DNA of 64,000 nt from an uncultured Acidimicrobiia bacterium (GTDB taxonomy: Bacteria > Actinomycetota > Acidimicrobiia > Acidimicrobiales > AC-14), in assembly GCA_963836205.1 (NCBI GenBank), contig CAWIIV010000025.1, positions 1 to 64,000 on the forward strand. The letters run 5' to 3'. Positions 32,696-41,991 of the stretch are shown here, piece by piece. Made by a program: the position numbers and the translations under genes. Below the pieces are notes generated by a model, which saw nothing but the letters and a program-made list of their open reading frames with translations, had not been told where the DNA came from and searched no databases. The stretch's first letter is position 1. Every line of letters starts with the position of its first letter.

Positions 32696-33648
32696 GTGCT
32701 TGTCCTCAACTTCTCGACTGCCCGCAGGCGGGCGCTCTCGGCTCGACGGTTGGCGGCCACCTCGGCCGCGGTCGGCTTGTGGACACCCCGCCACAGCAGG
32801 CGGACGGTGGGCTCGGCCCCGCAGACGCACGGCAGCCCGGGCGGGCAGGTGCAGCCACCGGTGGCGGCGGTCACGAACGCCTCCTTCACCAACCGGTCCT
32901 CCCCCGAGTGGTAGGCCAGGACCGCGACCCGCCCGCCGGCAACCAGCAGGTCGAGGGCCTGGTCGAGGGCCCGGGGGATGACGGCCAGCTCGGCGTTGAC
33001 CTCCATGCGGAGGGCCTGGAAGGTGCGCCGGGCCGGGTGCCCGCCGGTGCGGCGGGCGGCGGCGGGAATAGCCGAGCGCACCACCTCGGCCAGCTCGGCC
33101 GTCGTCGTGAGGGGGCGGGCGGCGATGATGGCCCGGGCGACGCGGGCCGAGAACCGTTCCCCGCCGAAGCGGGCGATGAGCTCGGCGAGGGGCTCGAAGG
33201 CGTAGCCGTTGACGACGTCGGCCGCGGAGAACGGCTCGGTGCGGTCCATCCGCATGTCGATGGGGCCGTCGCCCCGGTAGCTGAACCCGCGGTCGGCCCG
33301 GTCGAGCTGCATGGAGCTGACGCCCAGGTCGAACAGGACGCCGGACACCTGGTCATGGCCGAGGCCCCGGACGACGTCCGCCAGGGTGTCGAACCGTGCG
33401 TGGACCAAGGTAACGCGGCCCCCGAACCGGGCGGTGGCGACGCTCGCCGTCCTCAGGGCGTCCTCGTCCCGGTCCAGTCCGATCACGGAGAGGTCGGATC
33501 GAGCCGCGAGGAGGGCTGACGAATGGCCGCCCGCCCCCACCGTGGCGTCGACGATCACGCCCTCCGGCACCGGCCGGAAGACGTCCACCACCTCGTCCAG
33601 CATCACCGGGAGGTGTTCGGGTGCGGTACCGGTTGCGTTCATCCGCAA
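32692..33648 (-). CDS. rsmH: 16S rRNA m4C1402 methyltransferase
   Basis: HLPVM, DATVGAGGHS, DLGVSSMQLD, FQALRMEVN, YHSGEDR. Confidence 0.97.
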   Translation of the reverse strand: MRMNATGTAPEHLPVMLDEVVDVFRPVPEGVIVDATVGAGGHSSALLAARSDLSVIGLDRDEDALRTASVATARFGGRVTLVHARFDTLADVVRGLGHDQVSGVLFDLGVSSMQLDRADRGFSYRGDGPIDMRMDRTEPFSAADVVNGYAFEPLAELIARFGGERFSARVARAIIAARPLTTTAELAEVVRSAIPAAARRTGGHPARRTFQALRMEVNAELAVIPRALDQALDLLVAGGRVAVLAYHSGEDRLVKEAFVTAATGGCTCPPGLPCVCGAEPTVRLLWRGVHKPTAAEVAANRRAESARLRAVEKLRTST

Positions 33649-33773
33649 CCCCCCGACCGGGGCATCGCCGAGATCCGTTCTCGACTGTGGAAGGGGCGAA
33701 GAGGGGGGTCTTCCCGCTTTCCGGTCGGAGGGTTGCGCATGGGCGCAGCCCGTAGTGCCTCACGAGGACTGCC

Positions 33774-34190
33774 TCACGAGGCGGTGCTTCCGTGCAGGGC
33801 GGACTCCCCCGCCCCCTTGGCCCGCTCCCAGGCGGCCACGTCCCAGAGCTCGACGTGGTCCCACGCACCGGTGACCACGACCTGCTTCTCCAGCTCCAAC
33901 CCCGCGTACTGGCGCAGGTTGCCGGGGATTGCGATCCGCCCCTGCCGGTCGGGGCTGGCTTCCTGGGCCCCGGCGAAGAAGACTCGGGCCATGGCCCGCT
34001 CCACGTCCGAACCCTTGGCCCGCTCCTTCATCTCCTCGGCCCGGACCTGGAACTCGGCCGGCGTCCACAGCGCCAGGCAGCCGTCCATCTGGCTGGTCAC
34101 GTACGCCTGCGACAGCAGGTCCCGGAACCGCGCCGGGAGGATCAGCCTTCCTTTGGGATCGAGGGAGTGCAGGAACTCCCCAAGGAACAT
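33774..34190 (-). CDS. mraZ: Transcriptional regulator MraZ
   Basis: MFLGEFLHSLDPKGRL, DRQGRI, HVELW. Confidence 0.96.
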   Translation of the reverse strand: MFLGEFLHSLDPKGRLILPARFRDLLSQAYVTSQMDGCLALWTPAEFQVRAEEMKERAKGSDVERAMARVFFAGAQEASPDRQGRIAIPGNLRQYAGLELEKQVVVTGAWDHVELWDVAAWERAKGAGESALHGSTAS

Positions 34191-34232
34191 TCGTCACCCA
34201 CTCGCCCTCGTGATGGTCGACTAATCGCGGTC

Positions 34233-34274
34233 GGAAGTGGGGAGCCCTCCCCACTTCCCACCACTTCGTGCCAC
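34233..34274 (-). promoter_or_regulatory. MraZ-binding GTGG repeats plus an overlapping 12-bp inverted repeat
   Basis: CCAC at 34251, 34261 and 34271 (10-bp period); GGAAGTGGGGAG-cc-CTCCCCACTTCC at 34233-34258. Confidence 0.8.
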
Positions 34275-34357
34275 ATTTAATCCCTCACGCGCCACCGGGT
34301 CAACCCCACGGCGGCTGCCGTGGTTCGACGGCGCCGTTTTCGGGCGATGATCAGGCC

Positions 34358-35605
34358 GTGGATCTCCCCCTGCGGACACGGGCCGCGGCCCTCGCCGGCC
34401 GCATGGTTTCGGAGATCTCCCGCCGCGCCGGACGGGGTGCGGGCTCGGTCATCGGGGGTCGGGTGACGCTGGCCGTCGACCCGTCGGCCCTCGAGCAGAT
34501 GTCCGCCGGCCACAAGGTGGCGCTGGTGTCGGGCACCAACGGCAAGACCACCACCACCCGGCTCCTGGCCGCGGCCCTGTCCACCCGGGGGCCGGTGGAG
34601 ACCAACGCCGCCGGGTCCAACCTCCTCCCCGGACTGGTGGGCGCCCTGTCCTACGAGCGGCCGGGGGCGGTGGTGGCCCTCGAGGTCGACGAGGGGCTCC
34701 TCGCCGACGCGGCGGCCGCGGTCACGCCCGACGTGGTGGTCCTGCTCAACCTCAGTCGCGACCAGCTCGACCGCATCGGGGAGGTCCGCCTACACGCCCT
34801 GTCATGGCGCAAGATGCTCGACTCCCAGCCCACGACCACGGTGGTGGCCAACGTCGACGACCCCCTGGTGGTGTGGGCGGCCGAGGGGGCGGCGGCCAAG
34901 GTGTGGGTCGGCACCGGCCAGCGCTGGCGGGAAGACGCCGCCGCCTGCCCCGCGTGCGGCAACCGCATCCGCTGGGAGCCGTCGGTGAACGGCGCCGCTG
35001 CCGAATGGGCGTGCTCGTCGTGCTCGTTGCGCCGGCCCAAGCCCGAGCTGTGGCTGGAGGGCCGCGACCTGGTCCTCCTCGACGGCCAGCGCCTGCCCGT
35101 CAACCTCCAGCTCCCGGGGTGGTGCAACCTGGCCAACGCGGCCATGGCCGCGGCCGGGGTGGTCGCCCTGGGCCAGGACCCGGCGTGGGCGGTGCAGGCC
35201 ATGGCCCGGGTGGGGACGGTGGCCGGCCGCTACGAGCGCGTCACCGTCGAAGGGGTGCGGGTGCGGCTGCTGCTGGCCAAGAACCCGGCCGGCTGGGCCG
35301 AGGCCCTGGAGTTGATCCGCCCCGCTCCCCTGCCGGTGGTCATCGGGATCAACGCCCGGGTGGCCGACGGCCACGACCCGTCCTGGCTCTGGGACGTACC
35401 CTTCGAGAAGCTCCGGGGGCGCCACGTGGTGGCCACCGGCGAGCGGGGCCGCGACCTCGCCGTCCGCCTCCGCTACGCCGACGTGTCCCACACCTACGTC
35501 GACGGCTACGTCGAGGCGGTGCGGGCCGCCGGTGGGCCCGAGGTCGACCTGGCCGCCAACTACACGTCGTTCCAGGACGCCCGGCTGGCGCTCGGCCGTG
35601 ACTGA
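34358..35605 (+). CDS. murT: Lipid II isoglutaminyl synthase subunit MurT
   Basis: GTNGKTTT, LEVDE, LNLSRDQLDR, CPAC..CSSC, LAKNPAG, DPSWLWDV, NYT. Confidence 0.92.
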   Translation: MDLPLRTRAAALAGRMVSEISRRAGRGAGSVIGGRVTLAVDPSALEQMSAGHKVALVSGTNGKTTTTRLLAAALSTRGPVETNAAGSNLLPGLVGALSYERPGAVVALEVDEGLLADAAAAVTPDVVVLLNLSRDQLDRIGEVRLHALSWRKMLDSQPTTTVVANVDDPLVVWAAEGAAAKVWVGTGQRWREDAAACPACGNRIRWEPSVNGAAAEWACSSCSLRRPKPELWLEGRDLVLLDGQRLPVNLQLPGWCNLANAAMAAAGVVALGQDPAWAVQAMARVGTVAGRYERVTVEGVRVRLLLAKNPAGWAEALELIRPAPLPVVIGINARVADGHDPSWLWDVPFEKLRGRHVVATGERGRDLAVRLRYADVSHTYVDGYVEAVRAAGGPEVDLAANYTSFQDARLALGRD

Positions 35606-36362
35606 ACCGTTCTCGATCGCAGTCCTGTACCCGGAGCTGCTCGGCACCTACGGCGACGGCGGCAACGCCACCGTCCTCGCCCGGCGGCTGGAGTGGCGAG
35701 GCATCCCCGCCGAGGTGGTCGAGGTGGCGGCGGGCGAGACCACCCCCCGCTCGTGCCACCTCTACCTCCTGGGCGGGGGCGAGGACGGCCCCCAATCCCT
35801 CGCCGCCCGCGAGCTGCTCACCAGCCGAGCCCTGCACCAGGCGGTCGACGGCGGGGCCGCGGTGCTGGCCGTCTGCGCCGGCTTCCAACTCCTGGGAACG
35901 TCGTTCGTCGGACCCGACGGGACCGCCCACGACGGACTGGGCCTGCTCGACGTGTCCACCACCCGGGGCGAGGACGGGCGCCGGGTGGGTGAGATCGTGG
36001 TCGACCCCGACCCCGACCTCGGCCTTCCCGAGCTCACCGGCTACGAGAACCACGCCTGCGTCACCGCCCTCGGTCCGGAAGCTCGGGCCCTGGGCAAGGT
36101 CACGGTCGGCTACGGCAACGACTCGGGGGACGGATCGGAGGGCGCGTTCGCGGGCCGGGTGGTGGGCACGTACCTCCACGGACCGGTGCTGGCCCGCAAC
36201 CCGGCCCTGGCCGACCACCTGCTGGCGTCGGTGGTCGGCGCGGGTGCCCTCGGCTCCCTCGACGATCCCGATGTCGACGCGTTGCGCGACGAGCGCCTCG
36301 CCGCCGCTCACCGACCGCATCCCATCGCCACCACCCGCCGCTGGGCCCGCCGCCGGCGGTAG
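35598..36362 (+). CDS. gatD: Glutamine amidotransferase GatD
   Basis: LGTYGDGGN, VCAGFQLLG, GYENH, TYLHGPVLARNP. Confidence 0.92.
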   Translation: MTEPFSIAVLYPELLGTYGDGGNATVLARRLEWRGIPAEVVEVAAGETTPRSCHLYLLGGGEDGPQSLAARELLTSRALHQAVDGGAAVLAVCAGFQLLGTSFVGPDGTAHDGLGLLDVSTTRGEDGRRVGEIVVDPDPDLGLPELTGYENHACVTALGPEARALGKVTVGYGNDSGDGSEGAFAGRVVGTYLHGPVLARNPALADHLLASVVGAGALGSLDDPDVDALRDERLAAAHRPHPIATTRRWARRRR

Positions 36363-36418
36363 CGATCCGAGGCGGAGCCGCCCGACCGGCCGCCTCCATC
36401 GCCACCACCCGCCGCTGG
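36322..36418 (+). repeat. 23-bp direct repeat duplicating the gatD 3' end
   Basis: ccatcgccaccacccgccgctgg at 36322 and 36396; a degenerate third copy near 36457-36490. Confidence 0.75.
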
Positions 36419-36572
36419 CACGACGGCTGGCGGCTTGCGCTCCGAGACTCCGCCCGCCGACCGAATCCATCGCCGCCGCGGCTGCCATGACGGCTGGCGG
36501 CAACGGCTCGCCCGCGTCCGCTGTCCGTATCCATGGTCACGCGCCGCTGGCGGAAACGGCTGGCGCCTGGGG

Positions 36573-36929
36573 TCAGCCGCCGGGGGTGACGTTCCTGGTG
36601 ACCTTGCCCAGCCGGCAGTCGACGGGGCCGTTCACCGACTGGAGGCCGGTGACGTTCCACGGCGACGAGGTGCCGGGTTCGACGTCGGTTATCGCGTCGA
36701 TGCCCTCGGTGACCTTGTTGCCGCTGCTGTCGTAGAACGACACCCGGATGGAGTAGTTGCTCACCTTCGAGGTGGGATTGGTGACCTGGCCGTTGGCCAC
36801 CGGCTTGCCGCCGTCGGCTGCCGGGGTACAGGCGGTGATCGTGGCATCGGCCTTGTGGTCGGCCCCGGCCGAACACCCGGCCAGTCCGAGCGTGGCGGCC
36901 AGAAGGAGGACAATCGTCGATCTGCGCAT
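36573..36929 (-). CDS. FxLYD-domain lipoprotein
   Basis: Lipobox LAGC; GQVTN...VSFYDSSG...VEPG. Confidence 0.8.
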   Translation of the reverse strand: MRRSTIVLLLAATLGLAGCSAGADHKADATITACTPAADGGKPVANGQVTNPTSKVSNYSIRVSFYDSSGNKVTEGIDAITDVEPGTSSPWNVTGLQSVNGPVDCRLGKVTRNVTPGG

Positions 36930-36962
36930 GGTGGGCTCATGCCCACGCGACGGCAGTCGCAC

Positions 36963-37739
36963 TCAGCACACGTAATTGTTGTCGAACCCCTCGACCCACT
37001 GGCTGAGCACCACCGGGCCTCCGGTGGCGGAGAAGCCGGGCGCACAGTGGGCCACCGCCTCGGCCGCGGTCGTCGCCCCGGCCATCCAGTTGGGGACCAG
37101 GAGGCGGAGGTCGCCCATGATCCGGCCCCACATCCGAGGTGTCGAGTAGACGCCGACGACCACGCCCGGCTGGCGCCGGAGAAAGTCGAGGCTGCCCTGG
37201 AGGGACGCCCGGTTAGCGACCACATCGGTGTCCGACCACGAGTTGTCGAGCTCCACGTCGAGCCACCACACCCGGCCGGCGGCCTGGCCGGTGGCGGACT
37301 GGGCGTGGGCGAAGGCATGGGCGGCGGCGTTGAAGCCGAAGTTGTAGGCGCAGGCACCGTCGTTCTGGGGACGACAGGCCGCATCGGGAGCACGCTGGGC
37401 GTACCAGTCGAGGGCGAGGGCGGCAGGGCCGGGATTCGACGTGTTCATGTAGAACGCGGCCCCGCCGGGCGAGGCCTCGGCCCACGCGAACTGGTTGGCC
37501 AGGCAGGCGTTGTGGGTGTAGGGCCGGCCGCCGGCCACCCCCACGATCCCAAAGGCGCCTGGAGCCGGTACCGGAAGGCCGCATTGCGGCCAGGAAATGT
37601 CGTGTCCGACTGACCCCGAGGGCACGATCGCCCTGGCTCGCGAGAGCGTGCCGGGGGGCGTCGAACCGCCGGGCGCGTTCGGCGAACCCATGGTGAGGGC
37701 GAGGAGGATGGCGGTGATGAGGGCGGCGAGAGGGTTGAT
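36963..37739 (-). CDS. Secreted GH25/DUF1906-like glycoside hydrolase
   Basis: GHDISWPQC, WWLDVE, GVYST. The hydrophobic signal lies upstream of ATG 37691 and begins at ATC 37739. Confidence 0.75.
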   Translation of the reverse strand: MNPLAALITAILLALTMGSPNAPGGSTPPGTLSRARAIVPSGSVGHDISWPQCGLPVPAPGAFGIVGVAGGRPYTHNACLANQFAWAEASPGGAAFYMNTSNPGPAALALDWYAQRAPDAACRPQNDGACAYNFGFNAAAHAFAHAQSATGQAAGRVWWLDVELDNSWSDTDVVANRASLQGSLDFLRRQPGVVVGVYSTPRMWGRIMGDLRLLVPNWMAGATTAAEAVAHCAPGFSATGGPVVLSQWVEGFDNNYVC

Positions 37740-37843
37740 GGGGGTAGGAGAGTACCGACCCGTCGGGCCGAAACAAGGGCATTGCCGGAGAATCTTGTGT
37801 CGGCCTGACGCCCGGTGGCCGCTTCTCCTATCCTCTGGCCGCC

Positions 37844-38536
37844 ATGGCAGACGCGAAGCGAGATCGGCAACGGGCAGCCCGGCAGGCGAAGATCGAGGCC
37901 GAGCTGGCAGCCAGGAAACGGGCCGCCCGGCAGCGGCAGGCGATCATCGGCGGAGCCATCTTCGCGGTGCTGGCGGCCATCGTCCTGATCGTCAACCGGG
38001 GCGACGACGACGACACCACGGTTGAATCCGGGTCCACCACGACCACCCTCGAGGCGTCGGCCACGCCCACCACCGCCGGGCCCACGCCCACGCTCCCCGG
38101 GACGCCGGAGTCGGCCGCGGGCAAACCGTGCGTCCCCCGCTCGCAGCCCCTCCCCGAGGGTGCACCCGAGGTCGACGTGGAAGTCGGCCCGCCCCCGACG
38201 GCCCTGGTCAGCAAGGACATCACCCTCGGCACCGGGGCGCCCGTGCCCGCCGGTGCCACGGTGACCGTGAACTACATCGGGATCTCGTGCTCCACCGGCG
38301 TCATCTTCGACTCGTCGTACAGGACCAACCCCCCCACGCCGGCCACATTCTCGCTGAGCGGGGTCATCAAGGGCTGGAGCGAGGGGATTCCCGGCATGAA
38401 CGTCGGCGGCAAGCGGCTGCTCGGCATCCCTCCCGACCTCGCCTACGGCAACGACGGCAGCCCCAACGGCACCTTCGGACCACAGGAAACCCTGTGGTTC
38501 GTCATCGAGGTCGTCGACGCCCAACCGCCGGCGTAA
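37844..38536 (+). CDS. Membrane-anchored FKBP-type peptidyl-prolyl isomerase
   Basis: TM helix, VNYIG, FDSS, VIKGWSEG, IPPDLAYG. Confidence 0.92.
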   Translation: MADAKRDRQRAARQAKIEAELAARKRAARQRQAIIGGAIFAVLAAIVLIVNRGDDDDTTVESGSTTTTLEASATPTTAGPTPTLPGTPESAAGKPCVPRSQPLPEGAPEVDVEVGPPPTALVSKDITLGTGAPVPAGATVTVNYIGISCSTGVIFDSSYRTNPPTPATFSLSGVIKGWSEGIPGMNVGGKRLLGIPPDLAYGNDGSPNGTFGPQETLWFVIEVVDAQPPA

Positions 38537-38834
38537 GCCGGTCGACTCGGCCCGGGCCACCGGTCCGAGGCTCGGAGTGGCCGCCCCGCTCATCGCTGGT
38601 GACAGGTTGTCCTCCCGGCTGCAACCGACCCCCTCGGCTCCGGTGCGCAGCGCCCACGAATGACTTCCGTGTGCGTTCGCGCCAGTCGGGCTGGCCAACC
38701 CGGGAAGCGCCGCCGGCGACGTCGTCCGCTCCGCCGCCGCGCCAAGTCCACCGGCGCCGCCATCTCGGCCTCGCGCTCCGTTCGCGTCCTCACACTCCGC
38801 TCTGCCTCCCTCCGCCACCACCGCTCCGGTCGCC

Positions 38835-39980
38835 TCACCACCCCGGCTCCGCTCTCGGTGGTGACGTGGCCCGGACCATGCCGTTGGGGTCGGTGACCTC
38901 GAAGGTGGCGTCGGGCAGGAGCTTGGCCTGCCAGTCGGGTTGGTGGAGGCGGTGGTGATGGCGGCTGCACAGCAGGACGAGGTTGTTCATCTCCGTCGTG
39001 CCGCCGTGGGTGACCCAGCGCACGTGGTGGGCCTCGCACCACGACGAGGGACGGTCGCAGCCCGGGAAGCGGCATCCCTCGTCCCGGATGACCAGGGCGC
39101 TCCACAGGGTGGCGGGAATGGTCCTCGTCGACGTGCCGTAGTCGAGGATGGCCGAGCGGCCCCTGGTCAGGACCCGGTGCAGGTCGGCGTCGCACAGCAG
39201 CGTCGACACCGTGGGCCCGTCGAGTCCGGGACCGCCGATGACCCGTCCGCCCCGGCCCTCCTGGAGGGCGTCGAGGTCGACGACCACGTTGAGATGGGGA
39301 CGGTGGCGTCCTGCGGGGGTCGACTGCTGGTGGTCGAGGAAGAACCGGCTCACGGCCACGAGGGCGTCGGCCCGGCGCTGGGCCGGGCTGAGCCCGGGAT
39401 CGTCCACCGTGGCCAGGCGCAGGGCGGTGGCCACCACGGCCCCGCCCTCGGCGTCGAGATGGCCCTCGATGACGTGGCGGCCGTCCAACGTCGCCGACAG
39501 GTGCAGGCTGCGCTCGGGCTCGGCTGAGTCCTTGGCTTCCTCGACCTGTTCCTTCCAGGCGGCCATGGCCCGGGCACAGCCGGCCAGGGTCAACGGAGCC
39601 AGGTAGGGCACCAGCTCCGACTCGGCCTCGGCGAAGGCGTCGATGCTGGAATCGTCCAGCTTGGCCACGATCACCTCGACGTGGCCCTTGGCCAGTGTCC
39701 CGTTGCGCAGGGCAGCGGCGCATACCGGCAGCTTCCGCAGCCGGCCGGCGAGCGATACCAGGCCATGAGCCGACCTCGAGGTCATGGAGGCCTTGTCCCG
39801 TAGCCACGCAGTCATCGACGTGGCCCCGTCCAGGTCCCACAACCCGGCGGCGTCGAAGTCGCCCACGGCCTCGGCGATGCGGGCGTCGAGGAGATCCCGC
39901 AGGGCCAGCAGTTGGGCCAACGCCGCACCCTCGGTCGGCACCCGCAGCTTCTCGATCGCCTCGGCCAGGTCCTCCAGCAC
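38835..39980 (-). CDS. DUF222 + HNH endonuclease (13E12-repeat family)
   Basis: QRRADAL, RDEGCRFPGC, CEAHHV, GGTT..NLVLLCSRHH. Confidence 0.9.
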   Translation of the reverse strand: MLEDLAEAIEKLRVPTEGAALAQLLALRDLLDARIAEAVGDFDAAGLWDLDGATSMTAWLRDKASMTSRSAHGLVSLAGRLRKLPVCAAALRNGTLAKGHVEVIVAKLDDSSIDAFAEAESELVPYLAPLTLAGCARAMAAWKEQVEEAKDSAEPERSLHLSATLDGRHVIEGHLDAEGGAVVATALRLATVDDPGLSPAQRRADALVAVSRFFLDHQQSTPAGRHRPHLNVVVDLDALQEGRGGRVIGGPGLDGPTVSTLLCDADLHRVLTRGRSAILDYGTSTRTIPATLWSALVIRDEGCRFPGCDRPSSWCEAHHVRWVTHGGTTEMNNLVLLCSRHHHRLHQPDWQAKLLPDATFEVTDPNGMVRATSPPRAEPGW

Positions 39981-39988
39981 GGTCCTAA

Positions 39989-40004
39989 TCGTACTAGTGT
40001 TCGA
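39989..40004 (-). promoter_or_regulatory. LexA (SOS) box overlapping the -10 of the DUF222/HNH gene
   Basis: TCGAAC-ACTA-GTACGA, one mismatch to TCGAAC-N4-GTTCGA; TACGAT-N7-GTG. Confidence 0.75.
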
Positions 40005-40035
40005 TCAGTGATGCAAGCCCCGTGAGGTAATATTG

Positions 40036-40069
40036 TTGACGCGAACCGATGCACTGAGCACGATATGAT
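40036..40069 (+). promoter_or_regulatory. Sigma70-type promoter facing an unannotated region
   Basis: TTGACG-N17-CACGAT with an overlapping TATGAT and an AT-rich upstream stretch. Confidence 0.5.
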
Positions 40070-40439
40070 GGCGGGCACCACCACGCCGCTTGCAATCGGG
40101 CACTCGGGTTCCCTTCCTCCGGGAAATCCCAATGCGGTACTGCGGGGACGACGCTCCGAAAGGAGCCTCGACTGGCGGAGCGGGCCTGAGGGCTGTGATC
40201 CGGACGACCCGGGCCCGAATGAGGAGCGCATCGCGTAGCCCGGACGCCGGTCCGGCGGGGCGGGACTCGCTCTTGAGGCAAGCGAGGGAGGACTTCGAGC
40301 GGCGGGAACGGCGGCACCGGCCCGCTGCAACGGCCCGGCGAGCAACAGGCGGGAACGGCGGCGCGGCCGGCCCGGCGTCACCGGCGGCGGCGCGGCCGGC
40401 CCGGCGGTGGCCCGGCGGCGACCCAAGCGTTCGACCAGC

Positions 40440-41168
40440 TCAGCCGGTGACGGCACCTTTGACGGCCGAGAGAATCACCAGGTAGTGGCAGGCGGCGGCG
40501 CCGACGACCATGACGTGCCAGACCTCGTGGTAGCCGAAGACCGTGGGGTAGGGGTCGGGCCAACGGGTGCCCATGAAGATGCATCCGACGGTGTAGAGGA
40601 GCCCACCGACCAGCAGCAGCATGAGGTCGACGGCGGTCATGCGGCTCGCCAACGCCGGCAGCATCAGCACCATCACCCACCCGAGCCCGCAGTACGTGAC
40701 CAGGCCCACCACCCGTTTCTCGGCGATGCCCGTCAACGCGAACACGATGCCCGTCCCCGCCCCCAACCACGCCCCCAGCAACACCTTCGGCCCGATCGTT
40801 CCCCCGAGAGTCAGCAGGCATATCGGTGTATACGAACAGGCGATCATCAGGAATATCGTGGCGTGGTCGAGCCGTTTCATTCTCGCTCGGGCGGCGGCCG
40901 ACCATTTGCGCCGATGGTAGGTCGCGCTCACCCCGAACAGGCAACACACGCCGATGGCATACACGACCGCCGCGGTCCGGGCCCGGGTCGACTCGGCGCT
41001 GGCGATCACCAGGGCCCCCGCGGGGAAGGCGAGGAAGAAGCAGACGAGGTGGAGCCAGCCCCGCAACAGGGGAGCGGCGACCTCGACCACCGCGGCCAAG
41101 GGGTCCGGCTCGTCGGTCCGACGGGCGGTGTCGACGTACTGGTCGCTTTGGACGAGGTCGGAGGACAT
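40440..41168 (-). CDS. Hemolysin III/PAQR (TrhA) family membrane protein
   Basis: LRGWLH, SATYH, RLDHATIF..IACSYTP, FGYHEVWH. Confidence 0.93.
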   Translation of the reverse strand: MSSDLVQSDQYVDTARRTDEPDPLAAVVEVAAPLLRGWLHLVCFFLAFPAGALVIASAESTRARTAAVVYAIGVCCLFGVSATYHRRKWSAAARARMKRLDHATIFLMIACSYTPICLLTLGGTIGPKVLLGAWLGAGTGIVFALTGIAEKRVVGLVTYCGLGWVMVLMLPALASRMTAVDLMLLLVGGLLYTVGCIFMGTRWPDPYPTVFGYHEVWHVMVVGAAACHYLVILSAVKGAVTG

Positions 41169-41250
41169 GGCGCACCGCCATTTCTTTGACTGGTGCCGTG
41201 GGACGACGCGGACGGCGACTTCCCTCCTACGGTAGGCCGACGCGACCCCC

Positions 41251-41979
41251 ATGGCCGAACCGGAACCCGCCGAAACCCGTCCACCACCCCCGCCCGCGCC
41301 GAAGACAGGAGCGATGCACCGGTACCGACCCCTCCTCCGCTTCACCGGCGTCGCCGCGGTGGTCACCGCGTGGACGACCCTCCTCACGGCCAGCGCCGTC
41401 AGCGGCTTCGACCTCCTCGGCCCCGACCCGCTGAGCTACCTGGGCTCCGACCCACGAGTGGCGACCCTGTTCACCGTCGGGCTGGCCGTCCCCGCCATTC
41501 TCTTTTCTGCCTTCTGCCTCGACGTCCGCCGGCGCTATCGCCTCCCCGCCGGCTTCCCCATCGTCATGCTCACCGGCCTGGCCGGGCAGATGGTGGCGGC
41601 CTTCGTCCCGATCGGGGGCGACCCCACCGCTCACCGGGTCCACACCACCTTCGCCCTGATCCTCGGAATCTCCCTGCCCCTCCTCATGTGGCGGTTCGCC
41701 GCCGGCCAAGCCCCGGGCCCGTGGCGACGAACCGCCTACCGCCTGTTCTTCGTCGAGGCGGCCGCGTGCGTCGCCGGGCTCTACCTGTCGGCCCGTTCGA
41801 TCGCCCCCCTCGCCGAGATCCTCCCCGGGGTCGCCTTCCACGCCTGGGTCTTCGTCGTTGCCTTCCGGTCACAGCCCGAAGACCGGGCGCATGCGGACGG
41901 CCGTGGCCGTCCGGCCGAGGACGGACAGGCCCGGCACCTCCTCGGTGGCGTGGAGGAGCGAGTAGTGGTCGAGGGCTGA
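41251..41979 (+). CDS. Multi-pass membrane protein (DUF998-like)
   Basis: About six hydrophobic segments; PLSYLG and HRVH motifs. Confidence 0.65.
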   Translation: MAEPEPAETRPPPPPAPKTGAMHRYRPLLRFTGVAAVVTAWTTLLTASAVSGFDLLGPDPLSYLGSDPRVATLFTVGLAVPAILFSAFCLDVRRRYRLPAGFPIVMLTGLAGQMVAAFVPIGGDPTAHRVHTTFALILGISLPLLMWRFAAGQAPGPWRRTAYRLFFVEAAACVAGLYLSARSIAPLAEILPGVAFHAWVFVVAFRSQPEDRAHADGRGRPAEDGQARHLLGGVEERVVVEG

Positions 41980-41991
41980 CCCCGGGTGCGA

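Noticed and set aside
40230-40270. Group II intron domain V look-alike (agcccggacg...tccggc)
   Set aside because: Stem geometry is wrong, no RT gene is present and no gene is interrupted.
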